From Escherichia phage EC.P2: a stretch of DNA of 64,000 nucleotides. The translations under genes and the position numbers were made by a program. A model generated the notes under the pieces. That model was given only the letters and a program-made list of their open reading frames with translations, made no database searches and was not told the DNA's origin. The DNA lies in sequence record PQ631072.1; one strand, 5' to 3'. Below, piece by piece: positions 1 through 8,867 of the stretch (position 1 is its first letter; each line of letters starts with the position of its first letter).

Positions 1-302
1 AGCGACTAGGTAGATTAGTTAAAGATTACGATGAAGCTACTTGGACTTCTTTACGGGAGAAGATTGTCAAGCGTGGTTTGTATCTTAAATACACACAAAA
101 TGAAGATCTCAAAAATAAACTTATCGCTTACGCAGATAAGGAGTTCGTAGAGGCAAGCCCTTATGATTCTATTTATGGTATCAAAATGGGGATGTGGGAT
201 CGTGATGTGGAAAATAAGGACTGTTGGAAAGGACAAAATCTTTTAGGAAAATGGCATACAGACCTTGCTGTTTATCTAAAAGCACAATCTGATATTTCCT
301 GA
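1..302 (+). CDS. NADAR-domain (YbiA-like) protein, C-terminal fragment; 5' end outside window
   Basis: In-frame translation from base 3 ends ...KEFVEASPYDSIYGIKMGMWDRDVENKDCWKGQNLLGKWHTDLAVYLKA*, matching the conserved C-terminal block of the NADAR family as recalled. Confidence 0.55.
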   Translation, partial: RLGRLVKDYDEATWTSLREKIVKRGLYLKYTQNEDLKNKLIAYADKEFVEASPYDSIYGIKMGMWDRDVENKDCWKGQNLLGKWHTDLAVYLKAQSDIS

Positions 303-519
303 TATTTTGAAAATTTTTATTTTTATAAAAAGGGGTGTGGGTTTCATGTACAGAAATTCACCCTCTGCACAGTATATCCAGAGTAAATATTATTCTGTAC
401 TCTGTTAATAAAGTATTTAATTTGTTTGTTGGATTATGGTATCTGATCTTTAAAAGGCATACTATCTCTTAACTACTACTTATAACAGAACAGTAAAATC
501 ATTTTTATAAAAAGGACAA

Positions 520-727
520 AATTATTTAAAGTTTTTACAGATTTTTGGGTACAAATTTTGAAAATGAAAAGTTCAAGTTTGGTCAAAATTATTTAAAGTT
601 TTTGTACGTATTTCTATCCAGATTTTGAAAATGAAAACTTCAATTTTTTAAAAATTCCCCAGTTTATTTAAAGTTTTTTTGCCTTTTTCCGTAGAAAAAT
701 CAAAAATGAAAAGTTCAATTTCGTGTT
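520..727. repeat. Three tandem ~65-70 bp direct repeats (units start ~520, ~586, ~659)
   Basis: Each unit carries attatttaaagttttt and ttttgaaaatgaaaa(g/c)ttcaa; read directly. Confidence 0.8.
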
Positions 728-730
728 TTT

Positions 731-858
731 ATGGGTATGCGTATGATAATCATTCTCATTTGTAAATGAGAATCATTATCATTTAATTATGTAAATGATA
801 AGCATTCTCACTAAGAGAATGAGAATCATTAGCAAATGAGAATTTTTCTCATTTACAG
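731..858. promoter_or_regulatory. Array of Fur-box-like hexamer repeats (GATAAT/ATTATC units)
   Basis: tgataatcattctcatt, aatgagaatcattatcatt, aatgataagcattctcact, gaatgagaatcattagc; aatgagaatcattatc matches the E. coli Fur consensus core aatgataatcattatc at 15 of 16. Confidence 0.45.
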
Positions 859-1115
859 AATAACGCGCAGGGGCGGTGTTTGTCTCGCGCTCCCGTGTCC
901 CCTCGCCATACAATAAGAATAGCATAACCAACAACAAAAGCAAGCGATTATTTTTATCTTTACATTTCTTTACAAATTTATTTTGGACGAGCTACCGGCG
1001 ATCAACCTTCCAACCAGTGCCCCCTGGTATGTTAGCCCCGCCTTTACGCCGTGGGGGTGGCGTTTCCTCTTCTGTATGTAAAACAGTATAAGCCCGATCC
1101 CTGGGCTTGTCAAGA

Positions 1116-1382
1116 TTATTTTTTGTTTTCTTGCCAGGATAGGACACCTAACCAAAAATACATGTCGCCCCGCGCCCCTGGCGGGATCTTGCTTTCCCCG
1201 CCGCCACTGCAAGCCCATAGATAACCATCAGCGAACGGATCAAAGTTTTCTATTTCTTCCACCTTATGATCGCCCAGGTTGAGAACGGTTTCAACCTTTA
1301 AGCCCGTTGCGCTTGCTACCTGGTGCACCGTGCCGCCTTGCCAGCCCAATGAGTGCATGAGATGTAAAGGAGTATTTGTCAT
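1116..1382 (-). CDS. Hypothetical protein (88 aa) in a GC-rich islet
   Basis: ORF with AAGGG RBS; GC-rich codons atypical for the window; no recognisable motif. Confidence 0.3.
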   Translation of the reverse strand: MTNTPLHLMHSLGWQGGTVHQVASATGLKVETVLNLGDHKVEEIENFDPFADGYLWACSGGGESKIPPGARGDMYFWLGVLSWQENKK

Positions 1383-1493
1383 GGTATCGCCCTTTCTTTG
1401 ATGTGCGCCCTGGTTGGCGCGGTAGAAAGATAATAGCCGTTTCCTTTATAGATAGCAAGCAAAAAAGAAATGAAAAAAAGATTAAAAAAATGG

Positions 1494-1522
1494 TTGACGT
1501 TCCTCACCTGGTAGCGTAGTAT
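1494..1522 (+). promoter_or_regulatory. sigma70-like promoter (ttgacg-N17-tagtat)
   Basis: -35/-10 hexamers with 17-bp spacer, upstream of GC hairpin and RBS of gene 1578. Confidence 0.6.
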
Positions 1523-1577
1523 TCATCTTGTCGAGGGGCGGCAATAGTGCCGCTCATAACAGAAGAGAGAAATAATC

Positions 1578-1850
1578 ATGGCATCATATAGCGCATCAAT
1601 GATCGTAGCTGGCATCACTGGTAAACCTATGCGCGGTGGCGGATCTTTCGCTAACATCAATATTGATGGACGTTTATCCCTGGACGCAGCGATCACAGTG
1701 GCACGGGAAACGTTTAAAAAAGAATGTAATTTCAATAAACAAGATTATCTCGGTTTCGCTATTGAAAAAACCGCGCGCTTTGTGGATTATAAAAGCCCGA
1801 AAATGATCGACACTACACTAAAAGCGCAAGATGTAGCGTTTTTGCTTTAA
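1578..1850 (+). CDS. Hypothetical early protein (90 aa)
   Basis: ORF preceded by promoter, 5' hairpin and RBS. Confidence 0.55.
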   Translation: MASYSASMIVAGITGKPMRGGGSFANINIDGRLSLDAAITVARETFKKECNFNKQDYLGFAIEKTARFVDYKSPKMIDTTLKAQDVAFLL

Positions 1851-1853
1851 GGC

Positions 1854-1882
1854 TTGACACTGAAAAATAATTTGGTAATATA
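1854..1882 (+). promoter_or_regulatory. sigma70-like promoter (TTGACA-N17-aatata)
   Basis: Consensus -35, AT-rich -10; followed by hairpin 1893-1914. Confidence 0.6.
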
Positions 1883-1892
1883 TACCACGTAA

Positions 1893-1914
1893 GGCGGGGA
1901 AATGGTTTCCCGCC
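1893..1914 (+). other. Conserved 5'-UTR GC hairpin ggcgggGAAATGGTTTcccgcc (representative of about 16 copies)
   Basis: Inverted repeat between promoter -10 and RBS; no downstream T-tract. Confidence 0.7.
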
Positions 1915-1936
1915 AAATCAAAGAAAGGGTAATGCA

Positions 1937-2299
1937 ATGAGCAAGCAAATCAATACTATCATGTTTAATCTGGTATCTTTCCGCGATGACGTGAAAAATC
2001 TTTCGCGTGATGCAGTGGATGCACGGATCGAAAGCTATCGCACACAGATCGCAACATTACCGTTAAAACGTGATCAACATGCCGCTAATATGATGCTTGA
2101 TGCTATGATTAAAAAGATGATTCAATGTGATCTTACCCTGGCTTATGAATATGCTGGCGATCTCTTTGTAACATATAGCAAGCCCGTTCCAGGTATGAGC
2201 ACCACGGAAGAATTGCATGCCTTAAATCTGCGACAAGATGCATGGGATAACATGCGCCGTGTTATGGTATGGGTAGAAAGCGGTAAAATTTACGAATAA
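1937..2299 (+). CDS. Hypothetical early protein (120 aa)
   Basis: ORF; promoter, hairpin and RBS upstream. Confidence 0.6.
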   Translation: MSKQINTIMFNLVSFRDDVKNLSRDAVDARIESYRTQIATLPLKRDQHAANMMLDAMIKKMIQCDLTLAYEYAGDLFVTYSKPVPGMSTTEELHALNLRQDAWDNMRRVMVWVESGKIYE

Positions 2300-2377
2300 A
2301 AACGGTTGACATTGCACTAAAACCTGATAAGCTATCTTAAAGCGGGAACTATTCCCGCTTACATAGGATAAAACTTT

Positions 2378-2524
2378 ATGAAACAATATGTAATGAGTAT
2401 TCACACCAAAAACGGCGCTACTGTTACGACTCCGGCACGGTTTGCACTTGTAAACCGTTGCAAGAGACTAAAACGAGAGCTAAAAAATAACCGTGCAACG
2501 GGCTTTAAACGCTGGGGAGGATAA
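2378..2524 (+). CDS. Small basic hypothetical protein (48 aa)
   Basis: Short ORF after hairpin 2341-2358; below the ORF-track cutoff, found by reading. Confidence 0.35.
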   Translation: MKQYVMSIHTKNGATVTTPARFALVNRCKRLKRELKNNRATGFKRWGG

Positions 2525-2526
2525 TC

Positions 2527-2787
2527 TTGTTTTTTCTAAAAGTTTTTGATAATGTGATCGCTTTTGAACATGCTACAACGTTCGACCTGGCGAGATACGC
2601 TATCAGGTTTAAAGATAATGTTTATCCCCGTGCTGGCGGCGGTTACACTATTTTTAATCATCGCAACGCGCAACTGACTGATGTAACTAATCCAGATCCT
2701 GGAGTGTATCGGATAGGCTGGCTACCGTCAAAAGACGCTGCAAGCATGTTTAAGGTATGTAAACTACTAACAGAAGAGGCGAACTAA
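2527..2787 (+). CDS. Hypothetical protein (86 aa, probable TTG start)
   Basis: ORF with GGAGG 7 nt upstream of TTG; no ATG alternative. Confidence 0.35.
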   Translation: MFFLKVFDNVIAFEHATTFDLARYAIRFKDNVYPRAGGGYTIFNHRNAQLTDVTNPDPGVYRIGWLPSKDAASMFKVCKLLTEEAN

Positions 2788-2788
2788 C

Positions 2789-3343
2789 ATGGGGCGTGAA
2801 TATGTGATCCAGTCCTGGGTAAAGCATGACGCAAATGATCCGCGCATAATACCAGATGACATGATCGATCACATGGTAGGGTATAGCGGGGAGCAGATAG
2901 GAAATCGAGCGGCAAAGAGCAACGGCAACACCAGGACGCGATCCGTTCGTCCTGGATGGCTGGCGAATGGTAACGCTGACATTGCAAGCGCCGCAGATCC
3001 AAGCGATGACGCTAAAAATAATCCCTTGTACAGCATTGATCCGGCTTTTAAGGTGTTGGAAGAGTATCCCGCTAAATTAGCCGCACTAGATAAGGCATAC
3101 GAAGAAAAGCGCATGGCCTGGACTGTATACAACACCGCTAAAATGGTGCTAGATGCAAAATTGATTAAAGCCCAGGAGAAGATCAATAAACTTGTTACAG
3201 TAGCGCAAGAGGAAGACCAGGGCGACCAGGAGGAAGAGGAAGAAATCATGCCCACCCTGGAAGAGGAAGAGATCCAGCCATACATGCCGACGGAAGAGGA
3301 AAAAAGACAAGCCTTAAAAAATTATGAAAATTGCATTGTGTAA
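2789..3343 (+). CDS. Hypothetical protein with acidic E/D-rich C-terminus (184 aa)
   Basis: ORF with RBS; low-complexity EEEE tract. Confidence 0.55.
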   Translation: MGREYVIQSWVKHDANDPRIIPDDMIDHMVGYSGEQIGNRAAKSNGNTRTRSVRPGWLANGNADIASAADPSDDAKNNPLYSIDPAFKVLEEYPAKLAALDKAYEEKRMAWTVYNTAKMVLDAKLIKAQEKINKLVTVAQEEDQGDQEEEEEIMPTLEEEEIQPYMPTEEEKRQALKNYENCIV

Positions 3344-3424
3344 GGCTTGACATATGCAAACAAGCCCCGTAATATGTACCACATAAAGCGGGGCAACGCC
3401 CCATAAGGTGAAATAAAAAATCAC

Positions 3425-3452
3425 TTGACACCTGAAATCAGTAAGCTATAAT
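3425..3452 (+). promoter_or_regulatory. Consensus sigma70 promoter (TTGACA-N16-TATAAT)
   Basis: Perfect -35 and -10 hexamers. Confidence 0.7.
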
Positions 3453-3489
3453 GCTTATATAGATTGAAACATTACTAAGGAATAAAAGC

Positions 3490-3669
3490 ATGGCTATTAT
3501 TGCAAAGACTGAGATCGTAGGTTTAGATTCTATCATCCTGGCATATGAGGAAGCTATAGAAATGTATGTGGTTTCCTATGGTGAATATATTCGTGAATAT
3601 AAATCTATTGATCTAGCTTTTGAATGCTATATTCGCCAGGTCAATAAAGCATATGATGATTATCGTTAA
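3490..3669 (+). CDS. Small hypothetical protein (59 aa)
   Basis: ORF downstream of consensus promoter and RBS aagga. Confidence 0.4.
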   Translation: MAIIAKTEIVGLDSIILAYEEAIEMYVVSYGEYIREYKSIDLAFECYIRQVNKAYDDYR

Positions 3670-3688
3670 AAGTTTTAGTCTTGTGCTA

Positions 3689-3717
3689 TTGACAACGAAC
3701 GATAGTACAAGCATAAT
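3689..3717 (+). promoter_or_regulatory. sigma70-like promoter (TTGACA-N17-cataat)
   Basis: Hexamers read directly. Confidence 0.6.
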
Positions 3718-3764
3718 AACTTTTATCGGGAATACTCCTAACTAATCAAAAGAGATTAAAGACT

Positions 3765-4130
3765 ATGGCTAAAAATATCAATGTTTCTGCTTATGCTACC
3801 CTGGCTAACACTGCTAAAATTGAACTATCCAGCATTGAAGCGGTACATATTAGCGCCCGTCGCTGGTTTCAAAAGTCTTATGGCAATACTTATTTCTCTT
3901 TGATGGTTGACGTTGAGATCGGCGGTAAACTGATTGAAGTCGTTAACGTTCCGTTTCAATATGGCTATGGGGATCATTTTGATACCGTTGCCCTAGAAGA
4001 GTTTAGCAAGGTTATCAACCTGGAAGGTAAAGACTTTTCAAATTATGCTTACCTTTCCCGTTTTTGCCGTGACAATGGGATCGCTGTATACAGTCATGCA
4101 AGCGATGTAAAACGTAAAAAAGATTTATAA
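3765..4130 (+). CDS. Hypothetical early protein (121 aa)
   Basis: ORF with RBS and promoter. Confidence 0.6.
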   Translation: MAKNINVSAYATLANTAKIELSSIEAVHISARRWFQKSYGNTYFSLMVDVEIGGKLIEVVNVPFQYGYGDHFDTVALEEFSKVINLEGKDFSNYAYLSRFCRDNGIAVYSHASDVKRKKDL

Positions 4131-4136
4131 AAAGCA

Positions 4137-4164
4137 TTGACAGCACGAATAAAAAGCATATAAT
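4137..4164 (+). promoter_or_regulatory. Consensus sigma70 promoter (TTGACA-N16-TATAAT) followed by hairpin 4178-4194
   Basis: Hexamers read directly. Confidence 0.7.
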
Positions 4165-4218
4165 ACTTATATCGAGAGCGGGAATAGTTCCCGCCTCACT
4201 GAAAAAGAGATTAACATC

Positions 4219-4458
4219 ATGGCTAAATCTAAAATGTACAACGGTCACAAAAATAAAACTCATTGGAATGTAAGCCTTTGGATTAATAACGATCCAGGTT
4301 TTTATAATATGGCAAAAGAATTTATAGCCGTGAACAACAATAAAGATAACGCCGCGCGTGAAATGATGGCACTACTTAACGAAATGGGCCAAAATACTAC
4401 GCCAGATGGCTATAAATTCAGTAAAACCAGTATCCGCGCCGCTATGGTAGGAATGTAA
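4219..4458 (+). CDS. Hypothetical early protein (79 aa)
   Basis: ORF; promoter, hairpin, RBS. Confidence 0.55.
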   Translation: MAKSKMYNGHKNKTHWNVSLWINNDPGFYNMAKEFIAVNNNKDNAAREMMALLNEMGQNTTPDGYKFSKTSIRAAMVGM

Positions 4459-4467
4459 TAAAAGCAG

Positions 4468-4495
4468 TTGACAACGTTTTTTAATCTGGTAAAGT
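4468..4495 (+). promoter_or_regulatory. sigma70-like promoter (TTGACA-N16-TAAAGT, TG-extended) followed by hairpin 4506-4527
   Basis: Same module recurs at about 5348, 8005, 8869, 9851. Confidence 0.6.
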
Positions 4496-4549
4496 TTATC
4501 ACATAGGGCGGGAAATGGTTTCCCGCCAAATGAAAGAAAGGTTATCATT

Positions 4550-4777
4550 ATGGCTATCGTTATTGTTCGCGTATCCGGTACGGTTGGAATCTCTCAGGTA
4601 GTAGCAGTTATCACAGAGAAGAAAGGGGATGATCTTCACTCCTCCTTGAATAGCTGGGCGGTCGCTAACTTTGGGCAATGGTCGAGCGTTGAGTACATCG
4701 AATCCTACCAGGTGCCAACGATTAGCCTAACTGATCTCAACGTTGATCGCTTGTTGTGCCTGGATCAATTAAACTAA
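4550..4777 (+). CDS. Hypothetical early protein (75 aa)
   Basis: ORF; promoter, hairpin, RBS. Confidence 0.55.
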   Translation: MAIVIVRVSGTVGISQVVAVITEKKGDDLHSSLNSWAVANFGQWSSVEYIESYQVPTISLTDLNVDRLLCLDQLN

Positions 4778-4864
4778 AAATAATATTGACAAGATAACTA
4801 AAATCAGTAAAATGTAATGCATAGGGCGGCAATAGTGCCGCTCCTAGTGAGAGAGATTATCAAA

Positions 4865-5080
4865 ATGGCTAATATCCGCACCTTGTTAAAAAATGCAAAG
4901 CAAGTTTTATTTTCAGATGACGAATATTTTAATAAAGATATTACAGGCGTGAAAAATCTTAAAGATGTGAAAGATGTTATCGGTATCCGTGGATCTTTAC
5001 GTAAAGGTGACATATACGGTAACAAGGTGCAATATAAATTGTCAAAAGATTATGATTTTACTTTGACAATTATTTCATAA
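4865..5080 (+). CDS. Hypothetical early protein (71 aa; start moved to internal ATG after hairpin)
   Basis: Track ORF 4817 starts inside hairpin 4824-4843; ATG 4865 has an RBS. Confidence 0.5.
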   Translation: MANIRTLLKNAKQVLFSDDEYFNKDITGVKNLKDVKDVIGIRGSLRKGDIYGNKVQYKLSKDYDFTLTIIS

Positions 5081-5170
5081 AACTACTTGCAAACCTGGTA
5101 AAATAAAGTAAACTATATTCATTAAGGCGGTGGAATAGCCCACCGCCTAACAAAGAGAAGAGGAAACATC

Positions 5171-5341
5171 ATGATCACTTTCGCCACCCGTGAAGCCGCT
5201 CGCAACGTTGCACGTAAAGTTAACGCCGCCAACCTGGGCGCTACGCTTAAAGCCCCGGTGAAAGATGAATCAGGAAAATGGATCTTTCCTGGTCTGCGTC
5301 ACGCTGATAAGCTGGGAACATTAACGTTAAAAAATAAATAA
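5171..5341 (+). CDS. Small hypothetical protein (56 aa)
   Basis: ORF after hairpin 5127-5147 and RBS aggaaac. Confidence 0.4.
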   Translation: MITFATREAARNVARKVNAANLGATLKAPVKDESGKWIFPGLRHADKLGTLTLKNK

Positions 5342-5427
5342 TATTCGCTTGACAGTAGCATCATTTATAAGTAAAGTAACAACAACGGCGGGAAATGGTT
5401 TCCCGCCATCAATAAAGAGATAAGATT

Positions 5428-5787
5428 ATGAAATCAGCAAAAGCAATTAAAACTTACATTTTATCGGCTATTTCTTTTGATGGTACTACAACCGAAAAAG
5501 AAAAAATCACCGAACTGATGCGCCGTTTTAATTCTGAATACTGGTATCCCGATAATCAAAAACGTTACAATTATAACGTGATCAAGGCAATAGCCTCATG
5601 GTTACAAGGTTTACCGTCAGAAATCAATATTGCTTTTGATTATAACGAGATCGATCACTTGTTAATTGAATGGAAGTACATAAAAGAAACAAGCAAAGAA
5701 ACAACCGTTACCCGTGAGCGGGAAAATTATTGGTTATATATTGCAAGCATGATCGTAACTTTGGCAAAATATCATAACGTAGCGTAA
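5428..5787 (+). CDS. Hypothetical early protein (119 aa)
   Basis: ORF; promoter 5348-5376, hairpin 5388-5407, RBS. Confidence 0.6.
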   Translation: MKSAKAIKTYILSAISFDGTTTEKEKITELMRRFNSEYWYPDNQKRYNYNVIKAIASWLQGLPSEINIAFDYNEIDHLLIEWKYIKETSKETTVTRERENYWLYIASMIVTLAKYHNVA

Positions 5788-5801
5788 TCGAGAGGAAAAA
5801 C

Positions 5802-5939
5802 ATGAACGCATCACAGCAGATCGAAAAATTCAACCGCAACAAAGCGCGTAAAGATTGGAACGAAGAGATCACCAAGAAAGGCGACAAGCGGAACAAAACA
5901 AAAAGAGATCGCAGCACTAAAAGACACTGGAACGGATAA
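5802..5939 (+). CDS. Small Lys/Arg-rich hypothetical protein (45 aa)
   Basis: Short ORF with RBS gagagg, followed by terminator. Confidence 0.35.
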   Translation: MNASQQIEKFNRNKARKDWNEEITKKGDKRNKTKRDRSTKRHWNG

Positions 5940-5945
5940 CAAAAA

Positions 5946-5966
5946 GGGCGCAATAAGCGCCCTTTT
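5946..5966 (+). terminator. Rho-independent terminator (gggcgc-aataa-gcgccc + TTTT)
   Basis: GC stem-loop followed by T-run. Confidence 0.6.
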
Positions 5967-6057
5967 AGCTTATATAGAGGCTTGTTACCCATAGGCAATG
6001 GTAACGCCAGGGCAAGCCTATAAATCAACGTTAGACAGCTTTACAGGAGCTTTAAAA

Positions 6058-6240
6058 ATGAAATTAGACGAAATAAGCAAGGCACTAGCCCAGGGGCAAA
6101 GGTTATGCGCCCGATATCGTGATCAATATGGTTTCATAACTAGCGGCGTGATCCTGGGGATTGAAGGAAATAAAATTTTTATTGACACGTTGAAAAACGT
6201 TGTATATAGTGACAATATAATCTCAATAAAACATATATGA
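6058..6240 (+). CDS. Small hypothetical protein (60 aa; start at ATG with AGGAG RBS)
   Basis: Track ORF 5998 trimmed to RBS-supported ATG. Confidence 0.4.
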   Translation: MKLDEISKALAQGQRLCARYRDQYGFITSGVILGIEGNKIFIDTLKNVVYSDNIISIKHI

Positions 6241-6248
6241 GGCAAGAA

Positions 6249-6650
6249 ATGAAAAAATTATTGATCGCTGGTTTAATCTATTTTGGCATGGTTGGAACAT
6301 CTAGCGCGGCGATATCCTCCACAGTAGCAGAATTAAGCGCCGTTGATGCAATGGAAAACGTCATGATCATTAATAACGCGATCCCCGATGAAATCATGGA
6401 GGATTCACACATGATCGCTTATGGTGCTGTTACACAATTAACGGCAAAAATAGATAAATCTATTGTTAATGGCTTAAATGAAGATGTGCCATGTGAAATT
6501 ATTACCAGTGTGCTCACTACTCAAAATTTTACGCCGTGGTTAAAAAGTATTCAAAAAGTACACAGTACAGCCGCAGATCGTAGCAATGAAAAACTAGTGT
6601 CAGCACTTGCAACGTATACCCTAGCAAAATGTACCGAGATAAAAGATTGA
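6249..6650 (+). CDS. Putative secreted protein with N-terminal signal peptide (133 aa)
   Basis: MKKLLIAGLIYFGMVGTSSAA hydrophobic leader. Confidence 0.5.
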   Translation: MKKLLIAGLIYFGMVGTSSAAISSTVAELSAVDAMENVMIINNAIPDEIMEDSHMIAYGAVTQLTAKIDKSIVNGLNEDVPCEIITSVLTTQNFTPWLKSIQKVHSTAADRSNEKLVSALATYTLAKCTEIKD

Positions 6651-6697
6651 CAATATAGAAAGCACGTTATAAGATACACACAACAAAGGAGAACTAC

Positions 6698-7000
6698 ATG
6701 AACGGCATAGCTAAAACGTTTTTTCTTTTTTCTGGTGTAAATGATCCATCAATAAAAGTCGATAGTGTAAAAGAAAACAATACTATCACAGCTAAATTGT
6801 CTCAAGATGAAACAAATAACGTGCTAATCATTAATCTTAAAGAAATAACAAAAGGTTATTATACTATTGCTTACCATGCGATTTATCATGCTGGTACTAA
6901 TGAGGAAGTGCAAACAAGCAACAACGAAAGCGCGGCGCTACCTGGTAATCTGGTGCTGGGCGTTATCAGTTTAATTGTCAATGATTTTTTTAAGGAGTAA
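6698..7000 (+). CDS. Hypothetical protein (100 aa)
   Basis: ORF with RBS aaggag. Confidence 0.5.
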   Translation: MNGIAKTFFLFSGVNDPSIKVDSVKENNTITAKLSQDETNNVLIINLKEITKGYYTIAYHAIYHAGTNEEVQTSNNESAALPGNLVLGVISLIVNDFFKE

Positions 7001-7329
7001 AACCATGCCCTATTTACATTTATTTTTCGGGATCTTATTGACAGGATCTTTTTTCTTCTGTATGCTTGTTTCTATTGTAAACCACGTTTTAAGACATTAA
7101 GGAAACAGCATGAAAATTATTCCCGTACAGTATAGCGTAATAAATCCAGCATATGAGGAAGGAAGGAAAACAAGCATGGCTTTATGTTGTATTGCTACTA
7201 TAGCCATGTTATTATATATTGTGTTTTAATAGGTTTTATAGTTGTACGCTTTAAAGGCTTGACAATTTTTTGTTATGCTTTAAACTATATCTTGAAAACG
7301 GCAAAGGCCGCAAACAAAAGGGTAAAATT

Positions 7330-7653
7330 ATGAAATCTGTGATCGGTGTTTATTTGGATAACTCTGATTTTTTCTATCATCGTGCGCGTTTACTTGATGC
7401 GATTGAAATGATAGAATCAGGCTTTAAAGAGTATCGCCTTGCACATGATGACCTGGAAGCATTACAGGGCGATAGTGTTTTTACATTGCAAGCTAAAGCA
7501 CTATGCAAAAGCCGGATCGACATTGCGAGCAAAAAGATAGAACGCGGCATGTCCTGGTTGCGCACCGCAGAAATCAACATGGGGCAATGGTACGGCGAAA
7601 ACTTAGAAAATAAACGCCCTTTTGTAAATGTAGAAAATATTAAAGATTATTGA
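7330..7653 (+). CDS. Hypothetical protein (107 aa)
   Basis: ORF; promoter ttgaca at 7263-7268; start trimmed to ATG 7330. Confidence 0.5.
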   Translation: MKSVIGVYLDNSDFFYHRARLLDAIEMIESGFKEYRLAHDDLEALQGDSVFTLQAKALCKSRIDIASKKIERGMSWLRTAEINMGQWYGENLENKRPFVNVENIKDY

Positions 7654-7735
7654 TTGACAGCACACCTGATAAGTAATATATTGTATCTCATAGAGCGGGG
7701 AAATGGTTTCCCCGCCTTAACAGAAGAGATAAGAT

Positions 7736-8020
7736 ATGAAGATCACAAAAGCACTTTCCAACTATGCAGCACGTCGCGGCTTATGCTTAACCGTTGAAAA
7801 CTTAGGGAAAGAAGATTTTTTGTGCTTTTGGGAGCTTGAGAATGATAATGAGTGGATCTTCTCTTATTCTATCTGCAAAGATCAAAATGGTTGCTTGTTA
7901 ACCTGGCGCGGTAATATCTATTTACCGGAAGAAATAAAACAAGAATTACCAGGCACGATCATGACTGAGAAACAGCTTAAGGAAGTGATCAATTTTGTAG
8001 GGCAAAACATTAAAAAATAA
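7736..8020 (+). CDS. Hypothetical early protein (94 aa)
   Basis: ORF; promoter 7654, hairpin 7695-7716, RBS. Confidence 0.55.
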   Translation: MKITKALSNYAARRGLCLTVENLGKEDFLCFWELENDNEWIFSYSICKDQNGCLLTWRGNIYLPEEIKQELPGTIMTEKQLKEVINFVGQNIKK

Positions 8021-8104
8021 TTTGACAGTAGGCAAACAACGTAGTAAAGTTTACCACATAGGGCGGGAAATGGTTTCCCGCTCACAACAAAAGAGAAACA
8101 AATC

Positions 8105-8275
8105 ATGATCCCGACTATGTTTTACGTATCGCGCAAAGGTCACAATATTTTTTGGTCTGAAGATTTAAATGAAGCCATGACGTTTGCCCGTGATCGTGTT
8201 GCTATCGGTGGCGTTAATATTACCGTAACCGATGAAAACGGCATTGAATACTACAACGGCGACGATGAAGAGTAA
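8105..8275 (+). CDS. Small hypothetical protein (56 aa)
   Basis: ORF after promoter 8005 and hairpin 8061-8081. Confidence 0.4.
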   Translation: MIPTMFYVSRKGHNIFWSEDLNEAMTFARDRVAIGGVNITVTDENGIEYYNGDDEE

Positions 8276-8322
8276 TTAATAAGGCGGGGGAGTATTCCCC
8301 GCCGTCAATAAAGAGATAAATC

Positions 8323-8592
8323 ATGAAAATAACATTAGATGACGCAATCAAGGCTATCGAATCCGGTTACACCCTGGTAAAAGATGATAAGGCTAAAATA
8401 GTGCATCATGTTAACAAGGAAACAGGCGAAAGCATGATCACGTATAAAACTGCTTACTTTCTCCAATGGGTAGTAAACCCGCGCATTCAAATAAAAATTA
8501 CTGTGGCTATTGCTAAAAAATTATGTGCTTTACAGGGCACAAGTTTTAACGAGATCCCGCCGTGTTTTGACTGGTCGAGCTTGAAAAAATAG
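8323..8592 (+). CDS. Hypothetical early protein (89 aa)
   Basis: ORF after hairpin 8283-8303 (no separate promoter seen). Confidence 0.55.
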   Translation: MKITLDDAIKAIESGYTLVKDDKAKIVHHVNKETGESMITYKTAYFLQWVVNPRIQIKITVAIAKKLCALQGTSFNEIPPCFDWSSLKK

Positions 8593-8672
8593 TTTGACAA
8601 TAATTATAAATAGGGTAGAATGTATTGCGTAGGGCGGCAATAGTGCCGCTCACAACTAAAAGAGAAATCATC

Positions 8673-8867
8673 ATGGCGCTTAAAAAACTAACAAGCAATA
8701 CTCGTTGGGATGAAATTGACGGGGAAGTATACATTTTCGCCCGTAAACCAGGTGATCAAAAATGGTCAAAGGCTTTTACTTGTCACCCTGCAACAATAGA
8801 TCTAATAAAAAGTAAAGGTTTTCGTGAAGCAGTAGCGAGAAGTTTACTGATCCCTTGTAAAAAATAG
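8673..8867 (+). CDS. Hypothetical early protein (64 aa)
   Basis: ORF; promoter 8594-8621, hairpin 8632-8651; start trimmed. Confidence 0.5.
   Translation: MALKKLTSNTRWDEIDGEVYIFARKPGDQKWSKAFTCHPATIDLIKSKGFREAVARSLLIPCKK

Noticed and set aside
520-860. Possible CRISPR array suggested by tandem repeats
   Set aside because: Repeat units are about 65 bp with no regular unique spacers, the second region is an array of hexamer palindromes, and no cas genes are present.
2869-3285. 138-aa minus-strand ORF (Ser-rich) inside gene 2789-3343
   Set aside because: Fully antisense to a better-supported + strand gene with RBS; low-complexity translation; no RBS.
5708-6028. 106-aa minus-strand ORF overlapping early + strand genes
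   Set aside because: Antisense to promoter/RBS-supported + genes and spans a + strand terminator; no RBS.
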